Origin: Bacteroidota bacterium
Lineage (GTDB): Bacteria > Bacteroidota > Bacteroidia > UBA4408
Length of the DNA: 64,000 nt
Direction: 5' to 3'
Assembly (NCBI GenBank): GCA_016721765.1
Contig: JADKHO010000002.1
Span: 151,616-215,615 of the forward strand
Below the pieces are notes generated by a model. That model had not been told where the DNA came from. It saw only the letters and a program-made list of their open reading frames with translations, and did no database searches. Position numbers and translations under genes: made by a program. Shown here piece by piece: positions 8,530-16,786 of this stretch (position 1 is the stretch's first letter; each line of letters begins with the position of its first letter).

Positions 8530-9123
8530 ATGAAACCAGATGTAAAATGGAGTATTGATATCGCCCATAGTGAAGTTGAATTCAAAGTGCGTCACCTTAT
8601 GATTGCTCATGTAAAAGGAAAATTTAAAAATTTTGATGCCAGCATTTATACCACCGGAAAAGATTTTTCAACCGCTGTCATTGATTTTTGGATAGATGTA
8701 GCCTCCTTGGATACAGGCGACGACAAAAGAGATGAACATCTAAAGAGTGCTGATTTTTTTGACGCACACAAGCACAAACAAATCACCTTTGTTTCGAGCA
8801 CAATTGCACAAGCCGATGCGGATGGTAACCATGAACTTTGGGGCGAATTAAGCATGATGGGCATAACAAAAAACCAACTCCTAAACGTGCAGTTTGGTGG
8901 AATTACCAAAGACCCTTGGGGAAATGAAAAAGCCGGGTTTACAGTTACGGGCAAATTAAACCGAAACGACTGGGGCCTTGTTTGGAACACAGCCATGGAA
9001 ACAGGCGGCGTAGTGGTAAGCGATGAAGTGAAAATAACCTGCGAATTCGAATTAAAAAATGCCGGTACAATGGAAGAAACAATGGTGCTTGAATCAAGCC
9101 CTGATGCTAAAAACACATTTTAA
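8530..9123 (+). CDS. YceI-family polyisoprenoid-binding protein
   Basis: 197-aa ORF. VEFKVRHLMIAHVKGKF and DTGDDKRDEHLKSADFFD are typical YceI motifs. Lies 17 nt after the upstream gene, so likely in an operon. Confidence 0.8.
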   Translation: MKPDVKWSIDIAHSEVEFKVRHLMIAHVKGKFKNFDASIYTTGKDFSTAVIDFWIDVASLDTGDDKRDEHLKSADFFDAHKHKQITFVSSTIAQADADGNHELWGELSMMGITKNQLLNVQFGGITKDPWGNEKAGFTVTGKLNRNDWGLVWNTAMETGGVVVSDEVKITCEFELKNAGTMEETMVLESSPDAKNTF

Positions 9124-9137
9124 ACTAGAAAAAAAAC

Positions 9138-9557
9138 ATGAAACTAAAAAACAAATTTGCAATCCTCTGCATACTTCTTGCAGCTATAGTGATTCCTTCC
9201 ATTCAAAGTTGTCAGAAATATGACGACGGCCCTGCGTTAAGCCTCCGCTCGCGTGCTGCGCGTTTAGCCAATTCTTGGAAAATCGATAATTATAAAATTA
9301 ACGGCGATGATTACACGTCGCTCGTGGCAGGGTATACCGAAACATTTTCAAAAAGCGGATCCTATTCCTATTCATTTGGAATGCTTAACGGTGCGGGCAA
9401 CTGGACCTTTCAAAATAAAGATGAAGAAGTAAAACTAAATGGCGACGATGATCAATCCTCTCGCACCTTATTCATTAAAAAGCTGGAAGAAAAAGCGCTT
9501 TGGTATTACTATATGGACGGAAATGACAAGTACGAAGTACACTTAATTCCAAACTAA
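9138..9557 (+). CDS. lipoprotein, unknown function
   Basis: 139-aa ORF. Signal peptide ending IQSC. Beta-rich, lipocalin-size body. Confidence 0.6.
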   Translation: MKLKNKFAILCILLAAIVIPSIQSCQKYDDGPALSLRSRAARLANSWKIDNYKINGDDYTSLVAGYTETFSKSGSYSYSFGMLNGAGNWTFQNKDEEVKLNGDDDQSSRTLFIKKLEEKALWYYYMDGNDKYEVHLIPN

Positions 9558-9564
9558 ATTAAAC

Positions 9565-9921
9565 ATGCCCCTGTCAAAACTGAATTTATTTATTGTAGAT
9601 AGCGATATTCTTTCTGTAAAATTGTTGCGATCTTATCTTACACTTCGTTTCAACGAAGATGTGCAGGTAGCAAGCTTTTACAACAGTGCAAGTGCCTTAA
9701 AAAAAATTTCGCTAAACACTAATTTAGTCGTATTGGAAAATCACTTATTTCTTACAAAAGAACGTGAATTCATTGCTTTGATTAAGAAAATAAATTCAAA
9801 AGCGAAAGTAATTCAGCGGATCTCCAATGATGCGGTTGGTTTAGCTATTGAGCGCATCAATAGTAATGAAAGCAAATTAGAAAATAGAACAGTGCGTAAG
9901 TGGATTAAATTTTTCAACTAA
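9565..9921 (+). CDS. receiver-like (degenerate response-regulator) domain protein
   Basis: 118-aa ORF. LFIVDSD start resembles the REC acidic pocket, but the phospho-acceptor position reads LVVLENH (E, not D). No output domain. Confidence 0.45.
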   Translation: MPLSKLNLFIVDSDILSVKLLRSYLTLRFNEDVQVASFYNSASALKKISLNTNLVVLENHLFLTKEREFIALIKKINSKAKVIQRISNDAVGLAIERINSNESKLENRTVRKWIKFFN

Positions 9922-9983
9922 CGGCTACTACATTTAAAATTCAAAAAGCAAAATTTTATGTTAGTGATAATCCCTATTATTTA

Positions 9984-10652
9984 ATGTGCTTTTCAGCCCA
10001 AGCAAGCTTTACCGCCAGTGCAGTTTTAGCACTGGTAGGTATTGCTTCCGTCAAAAAGGTAAGCCTTCCGGCGCAAACAGCTTTCGCCTGCATTCCATTT
10101 CTATTCGCCTTTCAGCAATTCACTGAAGGTTTGCTCTGGCTTTCATTTACACATCCCGAATTTTCATACTTAAAATCAGCCAGCACCTATTCCTTTTTGA
10201 TTGTGGCCCAAATAATTTGGCCTACCTGGGTACCACTATCAATTCTGTTTCTCGAACAGAATATAAAACGAAAACGAGTGCTCACCTATATACTAAGTCT
10301 CGGTATACTACTTTCTCTTTACCTGAGCTATTGTTATATAATTTACCCAATACATGCCGAAATCAGCGGACACCATATCAAATACAATCTTGAATTTCCG
10401 CATACCCAAAATTTATTGTGGTTGAGTGCCTTTTTTTATTTTATTCCAACGGTGGTATCAACACTTGTGTCTAGTGTGAATCGGATGCAAATTCTAGGAA
10501 TTACAATTTTAACTTCATGCATTATAACACGCATCATAACACCAAAATATTTTATTTCTATTTGGTGCTTTTTTGCAGCTATCATAAGTGTTTTAGTACT
10601 AGTAATTTTGAAAGACTTAAAAAAATCAACAGAAAACTCAAGCTTGGTTTAA
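9984..10652 (+). CDS. polytopic membrane protein (DUF6629-like)
   Basis: 222-aa ORF with about six TM helices. The MCFSAQASF N-terminus is typical of that family (from memory). Confidence 0.55.
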   Translation: MCFSAQASFTASAVLALVGIASVKKVSLPAQTAFACIPFLFAFQQFTEGLLWLSFTHPEFSYLKSASTYSFLIVAQIIWPTWVPLSILFLEQNIKRKRVLTYILSLGILLSLYLSYCYIIYPIHAEISGHHIKYNLEFPHTQNLLWLSAFFYFIPTVVSTLVSSVNRMQILGITILTSCIITRIITPKYFISIWCFFAAIISVLVLVILKDLKKSTENSSLV

Positions 10653-10864
10653 TGAGTATAAAAATTCCACAGTAAAAACACCGTATTTAAGTCTTGTCAC
10701 TTCTACCATTCAATTCTGAATAAAATAAATCCGTCAATTCAACAAAGGCTTACTGTTGGCATTGTTACATTTTAAGTTTTTGATATTTTATAAAAAACAC
10801 TTCCAATTTTTGAGTTGCGTTACAAATATTTTGTATCTTCAAGTTTGAATCAAAAATAAAAACT

Positions 10865-12424
10865 ATGAAATATTGCTACTTAATTATCCAGCTTTTTCTC
10901 AGTATTGGAATTGCCTCTAATGTTCAGGCCAAAAAAAACAGCTCAGGTGTTGTTCCGGCTATCAGTATTGTAAGCAACGATGGTACCTACACGGAAGCTG
11001 TTGGTGGCCTATGTTTTAGTGTAAGCATTACAAATCCATTACCCGATACTACTTTTGTAGATGTGCAAATTGTGGCAAGTACCACCGGAACGCTCGGTAC
11101 CGATTTTACCATTGCACCTACTCGAATTAAGTTTTTACCCAATTTTGCCGGTAATGAATCTGTTTGTGTGAGCATATTCGAAGACCTCTTAGCCGAGCCA
11201 ATTGAGACCTACAGTTTTATGCTTGCAAACCCGAGTAACAATGCAACTCTAGGTGATTCTCTAATTAATTTTACCATTTATGACAACGACTCCATAACCA
11301 CTTCCAATCCTTGTTCCGACATATTTTTTTCAGAATTTGTGCATAGTTTTTCAGCTGGTGATAGAGCATTCGAATTGTATAATCCAACCGGCCAGGTGGT
11401 TGATTTATCAAATTATTCCATAAAAATTTATTTTGCCGGTAACACCGTTGCCGGAACCGATGTGCCATTATCCGGTTTTATAAATCATGGAGATACCTAT
11501 GTAATCAGTTATTCCGGCTCCGATTCAGCAGTAAAGGCAATTTCAGATTTGGTAAACGGACAGTTCTTCTTTAATGGAAACAGCGCAATTGGCTTATACC
11601 ACAATGCTACTTTAGTCGATTGCTTTGGCACAATAGGAGTGAACCCCGGCTTTGGCTGGCCGGTTTACAATGCAAATTCAACTTCGGCAACACTGGTGCG
11701 AAAACAAAATATCAAACAAGGTGAGTCAAACTGGAACAATTCAAATGGTCAATGGGATATATTTCCGCAAGCTGATTATTCTCACTTGGGTTCACACACC
11801 ATCAACGGCTGTGGTTTTATTGTGCCACCGACGGTCACCATGTTTACATCCGATGCTTCCTTTAATGAAGCAGTTGGCGGCTTAAGCATTAGTGTAAAGA
11901 TCTTTAATCCCCTTGCAGTTGCCACTACGGTGGATGTAGTTTTAGGTAATTTAACCACGGCTACACTCAACAGCGATTTTACTTTTACCCCATCACAGTT
12001 AACCTTCCCGGCAAATTCCACAGTTCCGCAATCCATTAGCATTTCTATTGTGGATGATTTAACAATTGAGCCGGATGAAATACTTGAACTCCGTCTTCAA
12101 AATGTAAGTGGTTCCGCTACAATATTAGATTCCAGTTGGGTGCTTACCATTCAAAACGACGATTTTACAGGAATCAGTGAAATCAAAACTTCCGCAACCC
12201 ACAACCTTCAACCAAATCCCGTAAAAGATATTTTAAAATTTACATCCAACAATAAAATTGATAGCTACCAAATTACAAATTTCCTTGGCCAAGTATATAA
12301 AGCTGAAACCAACATTAATTCATCACAACTCAATTTAAATTTACAAGATCTAAAACCGGGAATGTATTTTATTGTAGTAAAGGAGGGAACTAATAATTTC
12401 TGCAAACGATTTATCAAAGACTAG
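10865..12424 (+). CDS. T9SS-secreted protein: Calx-beta - lamin-tail domain (LTD) - Calx-beta - type-A C-terminal sorting domain
   Basis: 519-aa ORF with signal peptide. Two GTLGTDFT/ATLNSDFTF Calx-beta-like modules flank an LTD-like segment (FSEF...AFELYNPTG..VDLSNYSI). C-terminus is PNPVKD...LKPGMYFIVV...KRFIKD. Confidence 0.8.
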   Translation: MKYCYLIIQLFLSIGIASNVQAKKNSSGVVPAISIVSNDGTYTEAVGGLCFSVSITNPLPDTTFVDVQIVASTTGTLGTDFTIAPTRIKFLPNFAGNESVCVSIFEDLLAEPIETYSFMLANPSNNATLGDSLINFTIYDNDSITTSNPCSDIFFSEFVHSFSAGDRAFELYNPTGQVVDLSNYSIKIYFAGNTVAGTDVPLSGFINHGDTYVISYSGSDSAVKAISDLVNGQFFFNGNSAIGLYHNATLVDCFGTIGVNPGFGWPVYNANSTSATLVRKQNIKQGESNWNNSNGQWDIFPQADYSHLGSHTINGCGFIVPPTVTMFTSDASFNEAVGGLSISVKIFNPLAVATTVDVVLGNLTTATLNSDFTFTPSQLTFPANSTVPQSISISIVDDLTIEPDEILELRLQNVSGSATILDSSWVLTIQNDDFTGISEIKTSATHNLQPNPVKDILKFTSNNKIDSYQITNFLGQVYKAETNINSSQLNLNLQDLKPGMYFIVVKEGTNNFCKRFIKD

Positions 12425-12540
12425 CTTGAAAGAAAAATTTCATTTGCTTATCCTTAGTTTTACTTTGCTTGAGATATAAATATCACAACCAGTATTAATG
12501 ATGAATTGCCATCAATAAAGGCTTATTTAGTTTACTGAAA

Positions 12541-12722
12541 GGATCGGCCTATGAGAAATTGGCGTTAAGAAATTTGAATTCATTATTAAGCGTGGGCCTG
12601 TGTAAGCAATCCTCGAGCGAGAAAACATTTTTTTACTTAGCACTGACCACTTTCGAGCGCTTGGGTTGCGCGGCAATAATGAATTCAAATTTTAGCCAAT
12701 TTATCATCAGCCTTGATTTTTT
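12541..12722 (+). ncRNA. candidate structured RNA, array unit 1 (subtype A)
   Basis: Core runs GGATCGGCC...CAGCCTTGATTTTTT. Long closing helix, inner helix GCAATCC/GGGTTGC, apical hairpin, 3' U-run. Confidence 0.4.
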
Positions 12723-12840
12723 GCTTACTTTTTGATCAAGAAAAAAGTATGAAAATGACCATTGATAGTAGTATTCACCACCCTATAGAATCTATTCAAC
12801 TAAAAGCACGAAATCCCCAAATCACAATCATGAACGAAAA

Positions 12841-13024
12841 GGATCGGCCTATGAGAAATTGGCGTTAAGAAATTTGAATTCATTTTTATGCGCAGGCCTG
12901 TGTAAGCAATCCACGAGCGAGAAATGAAAGTATTTTCATTTAACAGAATATTGTCGAGCGGCTTGGGTTGCGTGTAAAAATGAATTCGAATTTTAGCCAA
13001 TTTATCATCAGCCTTGATTTTTTT
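12841..13024 (+). ncRNA. candidate structured RNA, array unit 2 (subtype B)
   Basis: Same architecture as unit 1. The CATTTTTA/TAAAAATG helix segment is compensatory relative to subtype A. Confidence 0.4.
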
Positions 13025-13131
13025 CTTACTTTTTGATCAAGCAAAAAAGTAAGAAAACATGCATGAAAACTCGCAAATAATAATGATATACAAAAAACGA
13101 AACCTAAAAAAACATCAATAAAATCCGAAAA

Positions 13132-13313
13132 AGACCGGCCTATGAGAAATTGGCGTTAAGAAATTTGAATTCATTATTAAGCGCGGGCCTGTGTAAGCAA
13201 TCCTCGAGCGAGAAAACAATTTTTTACTTAGCACTGACCACTTTCGAGCGCTTGGGTTGCGCGGCAATAATGAATTCAAATTTTAGCCAATTTATCATCA
13301 GCCTTGATTTTTT
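13132..13313 (+). ncRNA. candidate structured RNA, array unit 3 (subtype A)
   Basis: Near-identical to unit 1. Confidence 0.4.
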
Positions 13314-13431
13314 GCATACTTTTTTATCAAGAAAAAAGTATGAAAATGACCATTGATAGTAGTATTCACCTCCCGATAAAACCTAAGCAACAAAAAGAAC
13401 GAAATCCTAAAATCACAATCAAAACCGAAAA

Positions 13432-13615
13432 GGATCGGCCTATGAGAAATTGGCGTTAAAAAATTTGAATTCATTTTTAAGCGTTGGCCTCGTGTAAGCA
13501 ACCCTCGAGCGAGAAATGAAAGTATTTTCATTTAACAGAATATTGTCGAGCGGCTTGGGTTGCGTGTAAAAATGAATTCGAATTTTAGCCAATTTATCAT
13601 CAGCCTTGATTTTTT
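13432..13615 (+). ncRNA. candidate structured RNA, array unit 4 (subtype B)
   Basis: Near-identical to unit 2. The inner helix reads GCAACCC/GGGTTGC. Confidence 0.4.
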
Positions 13616-13722
13616 GCTTACTTTTTGATCAAGCAAAAAGTAAGAAAACATGCATGAAAACTCGCAAATAATAATGAGATACAAAAAACGAAACCTAAAA
13701 AAACATCAATAAAATCCGAAAA

Positions 13723-13904
13723 AGACCGGCCTATGAGAAATTGACGTTAAGAAATTTGAATTCATTTTTAAGCGCGGGCCTTGTGTAAGCAACCCTCGAG
13801 CGAGAAAAATCAATATTTTCCTTTTACTGAATTTATCGAGCGCTTGGGTTGCGTGTAAAAATGAATTCGAATTTTAGCCAATTTATCATCAGCCTTGATT
13901 TTTT
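13723..13904 (+). ncRNA. candidate structured RNA, array unit 5 (variant apical hairpin)
   Basis: Same helices. The apical region has a different sequence (GAAAA..TTTTC). One mismatch in the closing helix (TTGAC). Confidence 0.35.
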
Positions 13905-14022
13905 GCATACTTTTTGATCAAGAAAAAAGTATGAGAATGACTATTGCTAGTAGTGTTCACCTCCCGATAAAACCTAAGCAACAAAAAGCACGAAATCCTA
14001 AAATCATAATCATAAACGAAAA

Positions 14023-14206
14023 GGACCGGCCTATGAGAAATTGGCGTTAAGAAATTTGAATTCATTTTTATGCGCAGGCCTGTGTAAGCAATCCACGAGC
14101 GAGAAATGAAAATATTTTCTTTCAACAGAATATTATCGAGCGGCTTGGGTTGCGCGGCAAAAATTAATTTAAATTTTAGCCAATTTATCATCAGCCTTGA
14201 TTTTTT
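14023..14206 (+). ncRNA. candidate structured RNA, array unit 6 (subtype B, partly decayed 3' arm)
   Basis: The 3' arm reads AAAAATTAATTTAAATTTTAGCC, with two mismatches against the 5' arm. Confidence 0.3.
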
Positions 14207-14313
14207 GCTTACTTTTTGATCAAGCAAAAAGTAAGAAAACATGCATGAAAACTCGCAAATAATAATAAGATACAAAAAACGAAACCCTAAAAAACATCAT
14301 TAAAAACCGAAAA

Positions 14314-14550
14314 GGACCGGCCTATGAGAAATTAGCGTTAAGAAATTTGAATTCATTTTTAAGCGTAGGCCCTGTGTAAGCAACCCTCGAGCGAGAAACA
14401 AAAATATTCTCCAATTACGGAACAAAATCGAGCGCTTGGGTTGCGTGGCAATTAAGGCAAAGCCGAATCACGAATACCTTAAAAAATTAACACAATATGA
14501 GTAAAAATGAATTAAAATTTTAGCCAATTGCTCATCAGCCTTGATTTTTT
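14314..14550 (+). ncRNA. candidate structured RNA, array unit 7 (with ~53-nt hairpin insertion)
   Basis: Same ends as the other units. The insertion TTAAGGCAAAGCCGAATCACGAATACCTTAA... lies between the inner helix and the 3' arm. Confidence 0.3.
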
Positions 14551-14667
14551 GCTTACTTTTTGATCAAGCAAAAAGTAAGAAAACACCTTACAAGTAATGA
14601 TTTTAATAGTTTTATAATTCAAATCTTATTGCAATTAACCAAAGTACTTTTCTACACTTATCCACAT

Positions 14668-14707
14668 AAAAAAAGCAGTTGCATATTAGGCAACTGCTTT
14701 TTTTTAT
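14668..14707. terminator. bidirectional rho-independent terminator
   Basis: Stem AGCAGTTGC/GCAACTGCT flanked by an A-run upstream and a T-run downstream. Lies between the array and the convergent DUF1987 gene. Confidence 0.7.
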
Positions 14708-14720
14708 ACTATTTCAAAGC

Positions 14721-15104
14721 TTAAGCTTCGCTCAATACCATTTTAAAAGGAATGTTAATAATGGCTTGATAATCTTCGCCTGCTTCTAACATATCCTCAT
14801 CATCCTCTTCATAATGCCAGTTAATAATAACCTCACTACTTCCGCCTTTGTGAATACTCTCAAGTTTTTTAAATACGTCCAAAATACACTTCGAAGAACT
14901 GGTATTAAAGTACTCCAAATGAATATTCACATTTGTATTCTTTTGTGGCTTGCCCGAGTATTTATCCAACCAGTCTACAAGCGGTTTGTAAAACTCAATC
15001 GAGTTTTCAGGGATCGATCTCCCTTTAATTTCTAAATATCCTTTATCCCAATCAAATTTAATAGTAGGCGTTTTGGGTGAACCTTCAATTAGCAGTGTTT
15101 CCAT
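14721..15104 (-). CDS. DUF1987 / SiaC-family partner-switch phosphoprotein
   Basis: 127-aa ORF. IEGSPKTPTIKFDWDKGYLEIKGRSIPENSIEFYKPLVDWL is the typical DUF1987 N-terminus. Confidence 0.75.
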   Translation of the reverse strand: METLLIEGSPKTPTIKFDWDKGYLEIKGRSIPENSIEFYKPLVDWLDKYSGKPQKNTNVNIHLEYFNTSSSKCILDVFKKLESIHKGGSSEVIINWHYEEDDEDMLEAGEDYQAIINIPFKMVLSEA

Positions 15105-15113
15105 AGTATTTAA

Positions 15114-15665
15114 TTATTGTGAGATTTTAATGTTCAAACTAAAAAATGAATATTTATCATCCGCCACCATAAAATTATAGTTCAGCTTCTGACCTGATTT
15201 ACGCGCAATGTCTATCATTCCCAAGCCTCCTCCGCCTTTTTCAGAGAAAGTATCGTTGTTTAATATTTCTTTATAGTACTCTTTTAACTCCTCTTTACTC
15301 ATCTCATTTATCTTGTCTAATTTTACTCTGAGATTTTCAACGTTCGAAGTTAAGATATAATTTCCGGTAATAATGCTGTATTCATTCTCCACCTTACCTA
15401 TCATAAAAATGGCCGAACGAGAAACAATTTCATTCGTGTCATCCGTAAAGGCAACTTCATCCATGTGGTGATACAAATTCTGCAAACACTCCACCAACAC
15501 ATTATACACTTTCTTCTTAACTTTTGGCTCCTCCTGCAAATTATCCAACTTGGATTCCATAATTTGCAATATAGACGTCAGCAATTCGGAGGTGATATCA
15601 CCTTTAAATGAAAGCATAATTTTATTACGATCCATTTTATCGTAAAAATCATAAATATCAACCAT
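15114..15665 (-). CDS. SiaB-family (RsbW-like) protein kinase
   Basis: 183-aa ORF 9 nt upstream of the DUF1987 gene. MLSFKGDIT...NVLVECLQNLYHH...GGGGLGMIDIARKSG is a HATPase-like G-box. Confidence 0.7.
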   Translation of the reverse strand: MVDIYDFYDKMDRNKIMLSFKGDITSELLTSILQIMESKLDNLQEEPKVKKKVYNVLVECLQNLYHHMDEVAFTDDTNEIVSRSAIFMIGKVENEYSIITGNYILTSNVENLRVKLDKINEMSKEELKEYYKEILNNDTFSEKGGGGLGMIDIARKSGQKLNYNFMVADDKYSFFSLNIKISQ

Positions 15666-15751
15666 CCTATTTCGCTTTAGTTAAATAAATATATTGCTGC
15701 TTATTCGCTTAAAATTGTGTAAAAACCCTTGATATTACTAATATATGTTAG

Positions 15752-15759
15752 CAAATATA
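15752..15759 (-). promoter_or_regulatory. canonical Bacteroidota -7 box TAtaTTTG for the SiaB/SiaC-like operon
   Basis: The reverse complement of 15752..15759 reads TATATTTG, about 87 nt upstream of the ATG at 15665. Confidence 0.35.
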
Positions 15760-15927
15760 ACTATTTGTATAAATAAAAACATCGGCTAAAATAGAATTTA
15801 TTTACAACTATTTGTTATTAACTCCGAAAAAAAAATAATCGCACACCATTCCTTATTGCTTCATATTTCGGTTTACAACTTCTTTTCAATCCAAAATTTT
15901 CTCTTAGCACTCCCTTGCTTATTTCAT

Positions 15928-15935
15928 TAAATTTG
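15928..15935 (+). promoter_or_regulatory. canonical -7 box TAaaTTTG (possibly a leaderless mRNA)
   Basis: TAAATTTG ends 7 nt before the ATG at 15943. Confidence 0.35.
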
Positions 15936-15942
15936 TTCCGCA

Positions 15943-16689
15943 ATGAATGGCAACTTCAAGAAAAAATACTGGTTCGATATCTGGTTCGATTCTCCCTACT
16001 ATCACTTACTCTATCAACACAGAGATAAAGATGAAGCAAAAGAATTTATTACCAATTTAATTCAGCACCTTAAGCTTGCACCACATTCATTTTTGCTCGA
16101 TTTGGCCTGCGGTAAAGGAAGACACTCTATTTATTTTGCTAAAAATGGATATAATGTTACGGGCTTAGACCTCTCCAAACAAAGCATTCAATATGCACAA
16201 CAATTCGAAAACGATTCGCTTTCTTTCTTTACACACGATATGCGCCAGCCCTTTCGTGTGAATTATTTCGATGCGGTAATGAACCTCTTTACCAGTTTCG
16301 GTTATTTCGAAAATGAAAAAGATAATCTAAAAACCATTCAATCTGCCGCAGCCTCCATGAAACAAGGGGGTGTATTGGTTATTGATTTTATGAATTCTAC
16401 CAAAGTGCTCAATGAACTAATACCTAAGGAACAAAAAAAAGTCTGCGATATCGCTTTTAAAATTCAAAAAAAAATAGAAAAAGGTTTTCTCATCAAACAC
16501 ATTAATTTCACCGATAATGGCGAAGATTTTTCCTTCACCGAAAAAGTAAAAACCCTTAAACTGCCTGACTTTATTCACTATTTCGAAAAAAGTGGATTAC
16601 GTCTTACGGCAACTTTTGGAAATTACAACCTTCAAAAATTCGATGAAAAAACTTCCGAACGCCTCATTTTACTGGCAACTAAAGTGTAA
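15943..16689 (+). CDS. class I SAM-dependent methyltransferase
   Basis: 248-aa ORF. SAM motif I is LLDLACGKGRHSIYFAKNGYNVTGLDLS. Confidence 0.8.
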   Translation: MNGNFKKKYWFDIWFDSPYYHLLYQHRDKDEAKEFITNLIQHLKLAPHSFLLDLACGKGRHSIYFAKNGYNVTGLDLSKQSIQYAQQFENDSLSFFTHDMRQPFRVNYFDAVMNLFTSFGYFENEKDNLKTIQSAAASMKQGGVLVIDFMNSTKVLNELIPKEQKKVCDIAFKIQKKIEKGFLIKHINFTDNGEDFSFTEKVKTLKLPDFIHYFEKSGLRLTATFGNYNLQKFDEKTSERLILLATKV

Positions 16690-16786
16690 CACATAAACTC
16701 TTTTTTGTTAATTCTAGCCTTACAATTTCTCCTTTTATAAAACATTCATAGTCTGCTGTGAGCTACAATTAATGTCAATTTTTTTT

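Larger units (their letters stand above)
12541..14579 (+). repeat. tandem array of seven ~291-300-bp units (591-bp dimeric higher-order period)
   Basis: Unit starts are at 12541, 12841, 13132, 13432, 13723, 14023 and 14314. Spacings are 300, 291, 300, 291, 300, 291 bp. Cores and spacers are near-identical and fall into two alternating subtypes. Confidence 0.95.

Noticed and set aside
8646-9116. 156-aa ORF antisense to the YceI gene, and similar antisense ORFs in pfkA (18300..18710), lon, ppk1 and the DUF5686 gene
   Set aside because: In each case the sense frame carries diagnostic motifs over its full length. The antisense frames are Ser/Pro/Leu-rich with no signals.
12700-12716. Hammerhead ribozyme, because the minus strand of every unit contains CUGAUGA and a downstream CGAAA
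   Set aside because: The bases after CUGAUGA and before GAAA cannot form stem II, and no appropriately placed stem III or cleavage site is present. The match is limited to the two short boxes.
12800-14275. ORFs of 66-128 aa on both strands inside the 12.5-14.6 kb array (12800..13000, 13150..13356, 13298..13531, 13889..14275)
   Set aside because: They exist only because the repeat lacks stops in some frames. Their similarity (for example MNSNFLTPISHRP) reflects nucleotide repetition. Their starts and ends are not conserved between units, and the base changes preserve helices rather than codons.
12541-14579. CRISPR array interpretation of the 291/300-bp repeats
   Set aside because: There are no unique spacers, because the inter-core segments are themselves repeated in two alternating versions. 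The repeat cores are about 182 nt, far longer than CRISPR repeats, and no cas genes are in the window.
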